A program made the translations under genes and the position numbers. Below the pieces are notes generated by a model. The model did no database searches, was not told the origin of the DNA, and saw only the letters and a program-made list of their open reading frames with translations. Below are positions 36,797-45,815 of a DNA stretch of 64,000 nucleotides, piece by piece; position 1 is the stretch's first letter, and each line of letters opens with the position of its first letter. This stretch comes from an uncultured Chloroflexia bacterium (lineage in GTDB: Bacteria > Chloroflexota > Chloroflexia > QHBQ01 > JADMIH01). The stretch is taken from the NCBI GenBank assembly GCA_963797095.1, contig CAWCNY010000002.1, positions 864,001 to 928,000 of the forward strand. The letters run 5' to 3'.

Positions 36797-38155
36797 CTAC
36801 TTCAAGGTGATCATCACGGCCATAGTGCCGTCCCCTGATTCCAGGTTCGCCATGGCCTTGCCGATGACCGACCCAAACACGGTCTCTTTGGGATCGGCCT
36901 TCATCGCCACACCCGCTGTGTCGCTCGCTACCAGCAGGTCGCCCACGTGGATCGGCCCGTTCGCCGCGCTGACCTTCACGTTCTTGTAAGCACCCGATGT
37001 GACCACCCCAAAGTATTCCCCCGGCTTGATCGCCGTGGCCGCATGGTCGTAGTAACCGGTGCGCTCTCTGGTGCCTTCGCGCGCGCTGGGGTCGGCTGTT
37101 ATATAGCGATCATAAACTACCCCTGCTACTGCCGTGCTGTATGCTCCCTCGGCACGTCCTGCGCCTACTAGCGGCGTATTCCCAATCTCCGCCGGGCCGC
37201 TAGGTGCTGAGGTCATCGCCGCTATTTCGCCCTGGTGCAGGTCAGTCGTGCCTGTGTTCTGCATGATAACTACCAGTGTGCAGCCGGTGCAATTGCCCGC
37301 CACCTCAAGGTCGCCGCCTATATACGAGTCGTTCAACGGATCGTCGCCGCTGGTTCCAACAGAGAAGCCGCCCTGTTGTTGCATTACATACAGGCCGTAG
37401 TTATTGCCGGAAGCGGCCATGCTGCCGATCCATGCCCCGTTGTCGTTATCCGACACTGCCACCATGCCTACGCTGTTGCTGGAACCTCTGCCATAAGAAA
37501 AGACACCGGAGTTGAGGTCGCCGATCGTTCTACCTATTCCGGTACCGGTGCCGTAGCCTGCCAATCCTGCACTGTCGGCGTATGATCCGAAGCCCACGAC
37601 TCCAGCACCGTTGTTTGCGTTGGTTACTACTGAGATAGGAACATTCCCGGACGCTATGTCTATCCCTTCAAGGTGTCGTGCGTTGTCGATGAATTTGGAC
37701 ATTTGCGCCCTGCTCACGGTGGCCCCTGGTCGGTAATATGGACGGTGCTCCGAGTTGCAAGGCTCGCCGGGGCCGCCGCACGGATAACCCGATACGAGGT
37801 CTTGCATGTAGATTTTGTTGGTGAAGGTATAGAACGGGTCGCCTGCCGGAACGTCCGAGAAGCATGGCAGGATCGGGCAACCCGCATCAGGCGCTTCCGC
37901 CTGGCCTGGATTGTCACCTCCAGACGTGTTATATAGACCGCTATTCGTGGGGCTTTTCTCCATGCCGGGGAGAGTGTTCCCTCCACCATTTTGTGCGGCA
38001 CTGCCCATAGTCTGCACTACGGTCGCCAGGTTTGTTTGCTCTGCGGAAGCACTATAAGCGGCGCTACCACCGCCTGTCACGATTGCCAGGGACATCAATA
38101 CCGCCAGTGCAGCTATCCCAAAGCGAAGGTATGTCAGGTGCAACTGTCGCTTCAT
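36797..38155 (-). CDS. secreted SLH-domain protein with Gly-rich beta-helix-like region and conserved C-terminal domain
   Basis: Signal peptide, FSDVPAGDPFY..SGYPCG..SRAQMSKF SLH, C-terminal V.A..GPI..GDLLV.S..G.AMKA. Confidence 0.7.
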   Translation of the reverse strand: MKRQLHLTYLRFGIAALAVLMSLAIVTGGGSAAYSASAEQTNLATVVQTMGSAAQNGGGNTLPGMEKSPTNSGLYNTSGGDNPGQAEAPDAGCPILPCFSDVPAGDPFYTFTNKIYMQDLVSGYPCGGPGEPCNSEHRPYYRPGATVSRAQMSKFIDNARHLEGIDIASGNVPISVVTNANNGAGVVGFGSYADSAGLAGYGTGTGIGRTIGDLNSGVFSYGRGSSNSVGMVAVSDNDNGAWIGSMAASGNNYGLYVMQQQGGFSVGTSGDDPLNDSYIGGDLEVAGNCTGCTLVVIMQNTGTTDLHQGEIAAMTSAPSGPAEIGNTPLVGAGRAEGAYSTAVAGVVYDRYITADPSAREGTRERTGYYDHAATAIKPGEYFGVVTSGAYKNVKVSAANGPIHVGDLLVASDTAGVAMKADPKETVFGSVIGKAMANLESGDGTMAVMITLK

Positions 38156-38381
38156 CCTCGTTCTCCTTTTCCGGCCCTCTACTGCTTGTTCTACTGCATA
38201 GCCGCAGGCCGAGCGCGACGTATGCCTGGGGCATCCCCCATGTTACATATTTACCAGGGTAGAAGTGAGCATCCGGGAGATCGCCTGGCCTGAGACCGAT
38301 ATCTTCGGTGGACCTCACCACTGCCCTATCTTAGATCAACGAATCTGTGGGTAGAGGGTTTTTACTCCACCGGGCCAAATA

Positions 38382-38424
38382 CAAAAAGGCGAAGGACGGA
38401 AGCATGATACCTCCGTCCTTCGCC
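38382..38424 (-). terminator. intrinsic terminator
   Basis: Reverse strand GGCGAAGGACGGA...TCCGTCCTTCGCC TTTTT. Confidence 0.75.
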
Positions 38425-38479
38425 CCGACAAGCAACCGGTACGCATTGAGTACTGAGTGCTGCCTATTCCATAGCGCTC

Positions 38480-38516
38480 CGGCTACCGGCTACCGGCTAC
38501 CGGCGACTATAGTCCA
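38480..38516. repeat. heptamer array (GGCTACC)3 followed by ACTATAGTCC
   Basis: Read directly; ACTATAGTCC also occurs at 11167-11176. Confidence 0.7.
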
Positions 38517-38520
38517 TCCG

Positions 38521-39867
38521 CTACGTCGTCACGCAGAAGTAGATCACTGACTGGTGCTTACTGTAATCACCCTGGAATGTAATTGCCCACCTGCCCGGTA
38601 CGAAGTTGAAGTCGATAGGCACATCCAGGTAGAAACTGCCGCTGTCGGGAACCTGGAAGGAGGGGTGAGAAGTGCCCACCACGCTACCATCAGGAGCGGT
38701 GAACCACAGCGAAAGAGGCTCCTGTGGAGTGAAGTTCCAGGCCGTTACACGGATCGTCTGGCCGGGTTTGGCGCTCGTGGGATTGGCCATTCCGTCAACC
38801 GATGCGCTTACATCGCAGCCCCCACCGCCAGGGTTAGGTGTGGGGTTCGGATTAGGATTTGGGTTGGGGCCGCCGCCGCCGCACTGATCCGTATTGGCAA
38901 CGACCTGGAAGTAGCCTATTGACTGGTGGCTGCTGTAATCGCCCTGCCAGGTCATAGCCCACCAACCCTGCGCCCAGTTGAAATCGGTCGTTATATCGAA
39001 GTAGAACTGGCCGTCTGAAGGTGTAAGGAAGGAGGGGTGCGAGGTGCCCACTACACTACCATCAGGAGCGGTGAACCAGGCCGACAGAGCCTCCCCAGGC
39101 GTGAAGCCGGAGCCGTAGTAGCGGAAGGTAGTGCCCGGCGTGCCGCAGCCCGGCTCGACCCTGGCATCGACATTTGTGTGGCCCGAAGGTGCGGGTGAGC
39201 CGCCCTGGTTCTGGTACTTGGCCTTGTACCTGTATGTCCCTAGCTGGCTCAACAGCACTTCATAAGGTGTGCCCGCGTTCTCAGGGTGATACTCGAACAC
39301 GGCGCGCTCGAAATACTGCACAAGGTATGTATTCCCGTCCAGGTCGCTCTTCTCCATGAATTCGTCAGAGATCGGATAGCCCTGCTGCGCGAGACCCCCG
39401 TGGGTGTCCCAGTAAGTCTTGAACTTTCCGCCGAGCCTCTTGCCGGTTTGCTGGTAGAGCACCGAGCCTGCCGATGTATTGGGCTGCTGTCCAGGCGCTC
39501 CGCTCGCATACTTCTGCTGCTGTAGGAATACACCCAGCAGTTGGAGCAGCACCTTGTTAGCTGTGGTCAGTTCAGGGTGCATCTCAAACACTGCCCGCTC
39601 GAAGTACTGGACAGTATAAGTCTTACCATCGGTATCCGACCTCTCCTGTATCTCTTCGGAGATCGGATAGCCCTGTTGGGCCAATCCCCCATTATTGTTC
39701 CAGTATTGAAGGAACTGCCCATTGACCGTTTTGCCCGTTTCGGGGAAGGTGCGGCTATCTCCTTGTGCGCTGGCCGGAGTAACACCGCTCGCCAACGGCA
39801 ATGCCATCAGGATGGCACCTATAACCGCGAGCCATCTACCGTTCTTGATCCTGGTAAATCTGAACAT
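38521..39867 (-). CDS. secreted protein with Chloroflexota FPETG/YFERA (LGFP-like) repeats and two similar C-terminal beta domains
   Basis: Signal peptide; two GGLAQQGYPIS..QYFERA repeats; duplicated F.P.E.LS.WFTAPDGSVVGTSHPSF..QGDYS domain. Confidence 0.75.
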   Translation of the reverse strand: MFRFTRIKNGRWLAVIGAILMALPLASGVTPASAQGDSRTFPETGKTVNGQFLQYWNNNGGLAQQGYPISEEIQERSDTDGKTYTVQYFERAVFEMHPELTTANKVLLQLLGVFLQQQKYASGAPGQQPNTSAGSVLYQQTGKRLGGKFKTYWDTHGGLAQQGYPISDEFMEKSDLDGNTYLVQYFERAVFEYHPENAGTPYEVLLSQLGTYRYKAKYQNQGGSPAPSGHTNVDARVEPGCGTPGTTFRYYGSGFTPGEALSAWFTAPDGSVVGTSHPSFLTPSDGQFYFDITTDFNWAQGWWAMTWQGDYSSHQSIGYFQVVANTDQCGGGGPNPNPNPNPTPNPGGGGCDVSASVDGMANPTSAKPGQTIRVTAWNFTPQEPLSLWFTAPDGSVVGTSHPSFQVPDSGSFYLDVPIDFNFVPGRWAITFQGDYSKHQSVIYFCVTT

Positions 39868-40012
39868 AAACTCCTATCCTCCTATTTATTGGCTGAGTTG
39901 AAGTTATCGCGAAACCTACCAAGTATACCACTATCAATGCCACTAAAGTTAAGGGGCTAAGGGGCTAAGCGATCAAAGACCAAAGAATTAAGACTAAAGC
40001 AGTATCAAGCAC

Positions 40013-40047
40013 AACAAAAAGGGCGGTGAGAAGCCGCCCTTTTTGTT
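40013..40047. terminator. intrinsic terminator
   Basis: AACAAAAAGGGCGG-TGAGAAG-CCGCCCTTTTTGTT. Confidence 0.75.
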
Positions 40048-40071
40048 ACTTTATGTCTACTTCGCTTGTCT

Positions 40072-43000
40072 CTACTGTTTGTTATCGCTGGGAGTGTAGC
40101 AGTTGGGATAGAAGGTGTTCGCTACTATCTTCGATGCTTGTCCTCTCGTCGCGTTGGAGCCTGGCCTGAAGTATGGCAGGTTGTCTGGGCCTACACACGG
40201 CTCTCCCGGGCTGCCGCATGGGTATCCGTTCATGATGCCAAGGTCTGTCAGCCTCCAGATGTAGTCGTAGAACGTCGAGCCTGGCAGTACGTCCTCGAAC
40301 TGCTGTGCTCCAGGTGTCGTGTTGTACCCTGCTGCCTCTGACACTATCTTCGACAGTTGTCCTCTCGTGATGTTGGCGTTCGGTCTGAAGTACGGCAGGT
40401 TATCCGGCCCTACACACGGCTCTCCTGGGGAGCCACATGGGTACCCTGTCACGATGTTGCGGATTGCCAGCCTGTTGATGAACGCGTAGAACGTTGAGCC
40501 TGCCGGTACATCCTGGAACATCTGCAGTCCTGGGTCGTCGTTGAAGCCAGCCGAGTTGGACACTATCTTGGATAGCTGACCTCTTGTGACCAGGTTACCA
40601 GGGCGGAAGCATGGATTGCCAGTCTCACACCCTGTCGAATAGCCGTTGATGATGCCTCTGCATGCCAGGCACCTGATGTAGGTGTAGAAGGTGTTGTCTG
40701 GCAGCACATCTGTGAACTGCATTGGACACGAGGTTGGTGTGGCTGTTGGTACCCCTGGTGTGTCGGTGGAGGTGGGTGGCACTAGTGCTGTGTCAGTCGG
40801 TGGCACTACTGCCGTATCGGTTGGAGGCACCACTGGTGTACCCGTGTCAGTTGGAGGCACCACTGGTGTATCTGTTTCGGTTGGCAATACGGGTGTGTTG
40901 GTAGCTAAGCTTGTTGAGGTGCTCGTTGCAAGCGTACCGGTTGGAGTGCTAGTGGGTGTGCCGGGCGTGTCAGTGCTCGTTGGTATGGTGGTGTTCGTAC
41001 TGGTAGGTACCGTTCCCGTGGGGCTGTTAGTAGGTGTGCCGGTAATAGTAGGCGTATTTGTCGGGGCATTGGTGGGCGTATTGGTGGGTACGCTCGTAGG
41101 TGTGTTCGTGTCTGTAGGTGTAACGGTGACCGTGCCGGTGCTGCAAGCTCCCGTGATTATGATGTCATCAATGCGCCACCCTGTGGCTGATACACTGCTG
41201 TCTGTGCCTTCCCTGAACCTTACCAGCAGGTTCTGCCCTGCATATGGGCTGAGGTCCACCACACTCTGTACATACCCACTGCTCGAGGCTACCCATGCCT
41301 GCCTGCTTGCCAGCGGGTTATTGCAGCATGTGGATACCGTGCCTCCATACCCTCCTGAGATGATGTTAGCTCCCATATCAGCCCAGGTGCTCCCACCATT
41401 GGTAGAAGCCTCAAGCACTCCTCCATCGTAGTAATTGGAGCCGTTGAACTCGAAGGCGTAGTCATGCCAAAAGGTGAGTTGTGAGCCTGCCACGGGCACC
41501 ACAGCAGAGACTAGGGTAAGTTGTTGGTCCGATATATTACTTACATCGGGGGCGAATGCTGAGAAGCTGCCTGAATGTGGACTGGCAGCCTGGGCAGCCC
41601 ACCCACACCCACCAGGCACACAGGTGGGAACCACCGAGGTGAATGCCCCAAGCGTCCCCGACTCAAATCCTTCGGCCAGTACCACCCCACAAACTGTAGG
41701 GCTGGGTGAAGGTGTGCGCGTGCTCGTGCTTGTGAGTGTACTGGTGTTTGTGGGCGTGGAAGTAGGAGGAGTGCCCGTTGGCGTGGGGGTTGCCGTACCT
41801 CCGCCTTGCAGGCTCATGCTTCCCATATAGAGATCGAATTGATGCAGAGTGCCGTTGGCGTTGGTGCCATCGCAGTTGGCGTTATCCGCCCACATCCCGA
41901 CGAACCTGCCTGCATAAGCGTCATTAGCCACGTAGTCGCCATAGTCAATGCCGTTGCCGGCATCATCAGCATTCGAGAAGCCGCCGCTCAGGCGCTGGTT
42001 GGGTGCCCAGGTGGCCCCACCATCGGTGGTATAAGTCGCATAATACTCGGAGTCGTCGTTGGGCGTATTGTTCGTGCCTCCTGAGCCGGGCACGCCGTCG
42101 TCGTTGCGCGCATCGTGGAAGCTCACTGCTACAGTTCCGCTTGTCCGGTCGAGCGCGATGTACGGCAGGAACTGGCTGCGAATTGGACCTGATGGATCAT
42201 CGTTCACACGCACAGGCGCAGACCATGTCGTGCCGTCATTGTCCGACGTGCGCACATATATATCCATGTCGTTGCTTTCGTTGACAATCTCTTCCGTATA
42301 AACCATGTATACGCGTCCATTGTACGGCCCGCCGGTCGAATCCCACACAAGCCCGGACTCAGCATCGACCGAGCGGCCCGACTGTGCCGGGATATAGTCG
42401 AATCCGCCCACGTTAGTGGTCGTTACCGTGATCTGCGACCCGAAGTTCGATGGGCCAAGACCGTCCGGGTCCACATTGGCATAGATAGTGGCTGGGCCTT
42501 GCCCTCCTGTTGGGTTCTGGTACACGATCATGACCTTGCCGCCGGGGCCTACCGCGATGCCTCCAAAGCTACCGGAGGCGCTTGGCGGTGTTTGTGTGGC
42601 GGCGAACGGTCCGTAAACGCCAAGTCCTGTGACCGGCGCACCACGCGCCCTCATGCTTCCGCTCTGGTTCCAGTCTACCCACACGCTTCCAGCGCCAACG
42701 GCAATTGAAGGCTGGTCGATGCTGCCTGAACCTACTGTAAGGGGCGCGGTGAAAGTCACTCCGCCATCGGTGCTTGAGATCACATTGATCTGGTTGACCG
42801 AGCCGTTGATATACACCAGGAAGAGATTGCCGTATGTATCGAACACTGCCTGCCCATCGCAGCAAGCCACGCCTGTCGCGACCGAGCCGCGTGTCCACGT
42901 AGTGCCGCCATCGAATGAATACGCCCGGAATATGTTGTTGACCGATGCCTCATTGGAAAACGCTACCAGGTTTTGCGTATTGGTCGGGTTGATGAGTATA

Positions 43001-43284
43001 GCGCTCTCGGATTGGTTACCGCTTTCTACGCTGACATTGACCACAGGTTCCACGCACGCTTGCGGTTGGTAGCTCGTATCGGGCGGTGTTGTTCCCGGTC
43101 TATCTGCCGGGGGTGGAACCTTGAGCGTACCATCCTGTACATCGACCTTGGTTCCCCCCTGGATAATTGCCCCGGAGAGCGCTGCTTCTTGCGGCCCAGC
43201 GGTCGCCGGTGCGCTGCTCACCACCAGGAATGCCAATAGAACCAGGATTGCAACAGTGATTGTTGACCAGTATATGCGCCGCAT
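40072..43284 (-). CDS. large SLH-anchored surface protein: BNR/Asp-box (sialidase-like) propeller, beta-sandwich module, Thr/Pro linker, three SLH repeats
   Basis: Asp boxes SFDGGTTW, STDGGVTF, SDNDGTTW, TTDGGATW; F.DV..TF SLH repeats; AAGGAAGG RBS before ATG 43284. Confidence 0.85.
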   Translation of the reverse strand: MRRIYWSTITVAILVLLAFLVVSSAPATAGPQEAALSGAIIQGGTKVDVQDGTLKVPPPADRPGTTPPDTSYQPQACVEPVVNVSVESGNQSESAILINPTNTQNLVAFSNEASVNNIFRAYSFDGGTTWTRGSVATGVACCDGQAVFDTYGNLFLVYINGSVNQINVISSTDGGVTFTAPLTVGSGSIDQPSIAVGAGSVWVDWNQSGSMRARGAPVTGLGVYGPFAATQTPPSASGSFGGIAVGPGGKVMIVYQNPTGGQGPATIYANVDPDGLGPSNFGSQITVTTTNVGGFDYIPAQSGRSVDAESGLVWDSTGGPYNGRVYMVYTEEIVNESNDMDIYVRTSDNDGTTWSAPVRVNDDPSGPIRSQFLPYIALDRTSGTVAVSFHDARNDDGVPGSGGTNNTPNDDSEYYATYTTDGGATWAPNQRLSGGFSNADDAGNGIDYGDYVANDAYAGRFVGMWADNANCDGTNANGTLHQFDLYMGSMSLQGGGTATPTPTGTPPTSTPTNTSTLTSTSTRTPSPSPTVCGVVLAEGFESGTLGAFTSVVPTCVPGGCGWAAQAASPHSGSFSAFAPDVSNISDQQLTLVSAVVPVAGSQLTFWHDYAFEFNGSNYYDGGVLEASTNGGSTWADMGANIISGGYGGTVSTCCNNPLASRQAWVASSSGYVQSVVDLSPYAGQNLLVRFREGTDSSVSATGWRIDDIIITGACSTGTVTVTPTDTNTPTSVPTNTPTNAPTNTPTITGTPTNSPTGTVPTSTNTTIPTSTDTPGTPTSTPTGTLATSTSTSLATNTPVLPTETDTPVVPPTDTGTPVVPPTDTAVVPPTDTALVPPTSTDTPGVPTATPTSCPMQFTDVLPDNTFYTYIRCLACRGIINGYSTGCETGNPCFRPGNLVTRGQLSKIVSNSAGFNDDPGLQMFQDVPAGSTFYAFINRLAIRNIVTGYPCGSPGEPCVGPDNLPYFRPNANITRGQLSKIVSEAAGYNTTPGAQQFEDVLPGSTFYDYIWRLTDLGIMNGYPCGSPGEPCVGPDNLPYFRPGSNATRGQASKIVANTFYPNCYTPSDNKQ
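41132..41674. repeat. 543-bp direct repeat, identical to 47413-47955
   Basis: No mismatch seen by eye; constant offset of 6281. Confidence 0.9.
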
Positions 43285-43524
43285 ATAGAACCTTCCTTCC
43301 TTGCTGAGAATAACTACCTGCAAATAACCGGATAATCATAGCGAATCGTGCGCACAAAGATGAAGCAGGGACATATAGATGGGTAACATTGGAGCAGTAG
43401 GATCGTTGTCCCCTTGAGTTCGGATGAGAACGCACTGTGTTGAGGGGCCTCAAGAATATTCTAGCGACTAGATTGTAGATTGTAGCACCTATTCTTCTCG
43501 CTTGTCAATCACCGATCCGCTTGG

Positions 43525-44151
43525 GGGTGCGCGCCATCGTTTAGGCGACTTTTCTGAGAGGGCGAGTTTTGGGCCAGCATTGCTCCCACCTCTCACTGAG
43601 CAGTTCGGCTCTCAGTGTCAGCACCCCTTGTGCTCCTGGTTTGCTCCAACACATGCCTGCTCCCTTGAGACGGGCACCAATCAGCCGCTTGCATGCACTC
43701 TCCACCGTGCCTGAACCAACTGGGAAGCCCAATGCCCGGTACTCGGAGTAGCGCATCCTCTCTTTGTTCGTCTGGAAGTAATGAATCTGCTCTCGTGCCG
43801 CTTCTCCCGCCTCCCCTTCACGTTTGCTCTCTCTGTGTAGAGCCACAATGACTGCTTCTACCCTTCCCTCCCATAATTCCTTCTCCCAACGCTTCACCCA
43901 TCTTGCGGCGTCTGGTGTGCCCTGCCCGAAGATACCATTACCTGCTTGCCACAGGTGCTCCATGGCGTGATACCAGTCGAGTACCTCTACCCTGTTGGCA
44001 AAGTGCTCATCGAACTGTATCCAGTTGGTGGGTGCCCCATCTCCCAGACATACAACCTGCTCCTCAGGGCCTATCCCTCTCCTCCATGCTTCAGCACTCA
44101 ACCGCTTTCCTGCCCGCTCCATCGAGCCGACCTCCGCCACATAGCTCTGAT
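43525..44151 (-). mobile_element. truncated ISKra4-like element (3' half of transposase and one end)
   Basis: ORF 43541-44140 has LGDGA, VLDWYHA, GSGTVESACK, GMCWS; end begins GGGTGC; 5' part absent. Confidence 0.75.
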
Positions 44152-45697
44152 GGGTGGCTCAGATAGGGGGCGAGTTGTAGACCAGGTGCCAGCACTGATC
44201 GAAGCGTGAACTGAGGATTGCCGTCCGCACTGGCAACAGCTTTTCGGCACCCAGGCGGCTCCAACGCATACCTGCTCCGGCGAAGCGAGCCTTGAACTGC
44301 TTGCCTGCGCTCTCCACCGTGCCTGAGCCAATAGGGTAACCTGCTTCGCGCATCTGGGAGTAGTTCATACGATGTGCGTTATTGCTGAAGTAACCAGCCT
44401 CAATGTTTAGCTGTTCAGCTTGTTTTGGTTGCCGCTCTGCCAAGTCAGCTAGCACCTGTGCCAAGTAGCCTGCTCCACCCTCAAATAGCAGCTTTTTCTG
44501 TGCCTCTAGCCATTGTTTGGAGGCGCTCGCGTCGCCTTCGTGTGATGCTAAAGATGCTTGGGCCAGGTGCTGCGCTCCATGATACCAGTCTACCAGTTGA
44601 GCACTGTCATACAAGTGCTCGGTGGCCAGGTTCCAAATCCACCCAGCACCATCTGCTACTACCAGCGTGTGATCAGCCCTCTCCCACCCTCTGTGGTGTG
44701 CCTCTCCCCATAGCATCTGTCCGAACACGGTGGGTCCGCCTAGATGGGCTACATAGCTTTGGTTAGTAGCACGGGCACGACTATCTTCGCTTCCTTCCTC
44801 CTCAAACTCAGTGGCCAATGCAGGCTCCGTTTTATCAGCCTCCATCTCCATAGCTTCAATGTCGAAGACGCACCCCACCTTCAACTCTTTCCAACCTTCC
44901 CCACGAATGTGGATCATAGCGCCATCCATACTCGCACCCATCTTTGTGAATTGCCCAAGGCACCCCAGGCACCCCAGGCACCCCAGGCACCCCGGGCGCA
45001 AATGCGTTGGAACCTTCTGCCTTAGAACCTTCCCTCTCGACCTGTATATGTACATCGTTGGCGGAGTTGGCTGCTCTCCACCGTGCAGCCTCCACCTCTC
45101 CAAAGCTACTACCCCACTCCTGGCACAGCCTCCAAACAGTGCTGTCGGAGATGGACACACCTCCTATCTGCTCAAGTACTTGTGCCCCTCTCTCGAAGTC
45201 CACCAATCCTCCCAGCCATACTGACTGCTTGAATATCCATTCGCTCCAATGCACGTCCCACAAGTGCAACTGCTCATCCAGGGGGGAAAAGCCCCTTACG
45301 GCAGTAGGAGCAATAGTAGTAGGAGCGTTGTACTTTGATGGTGCCTATCCTGCTTTCCACAGGGTGAGCCTTCTCTCCCTTGTAGCGCATCTCCCGGTTG
45401 CACTCAGGACAAGGTGGGCCAGGTACATTCTGAGTGGAGACCTCTTGCTGTGCCAGCACCGCTTGTGCCATCTGCTCACTCAGTTGAGTGCGCAGCTTCA
45501 CTACCGCCTCCTCGATCTGAGCTAGTGTGGGTTGGGGGGTGTCGGCTGACCAGCCAATCAGTTGTTCAATTGCTTGCTCTGCCTGTGCCATCAGGTCCGC
45601 CTTCATCTGTTCTCGGGTACGTTTCATCAGGAGCCTCCATGCTACGCGCAAGATCCTCCTATTATCTCAAACCTTGCCCCCTATCTGAAATGCACCC
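44152..45697 (-). mobile_element. ISKra4-family insertion sequence, transposase split over three frames
   Basis: Imperfect TIRs GGGTGGCTCAGATAGGGGGCGAG / GGGTGCATTTCAGATAGGGGGCAAG; CPEC..YYCSYC zinc ribbon, SMDG, WKELK, ADGA, DWYH, GSGTVES. Confidence 0.85.
44958..44993. repeat. 9-bp tandem repeat (AGGCACCCC)4 inside the ISKra4 transposase
   Basis: Read directly; encodes (GVP)4 on the coding strand. Confidence 0.9.
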
Positions 45698-45751
45698 TAC
45701 GCTTATTCGACATAAGCCGCCTGGTCTTGCTGGGCAATGTGATACTCCAGA

Positions 45752-45805
45752 TAATAAGCAAAGGGAGGTGGACGGCTGGACCATCCATCTCCCTTTGCTT
45801 ATTAC
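45752..45805. terminator. long hairpin terminator after the SLH gene
   Basis: TAATAAGCAAAGGGAGGTGGA...TCCATCTCCCTTTGCTTATTA. Confidence 0.7.
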
Positions 45806-45815
45806 TCCCTTCCCT

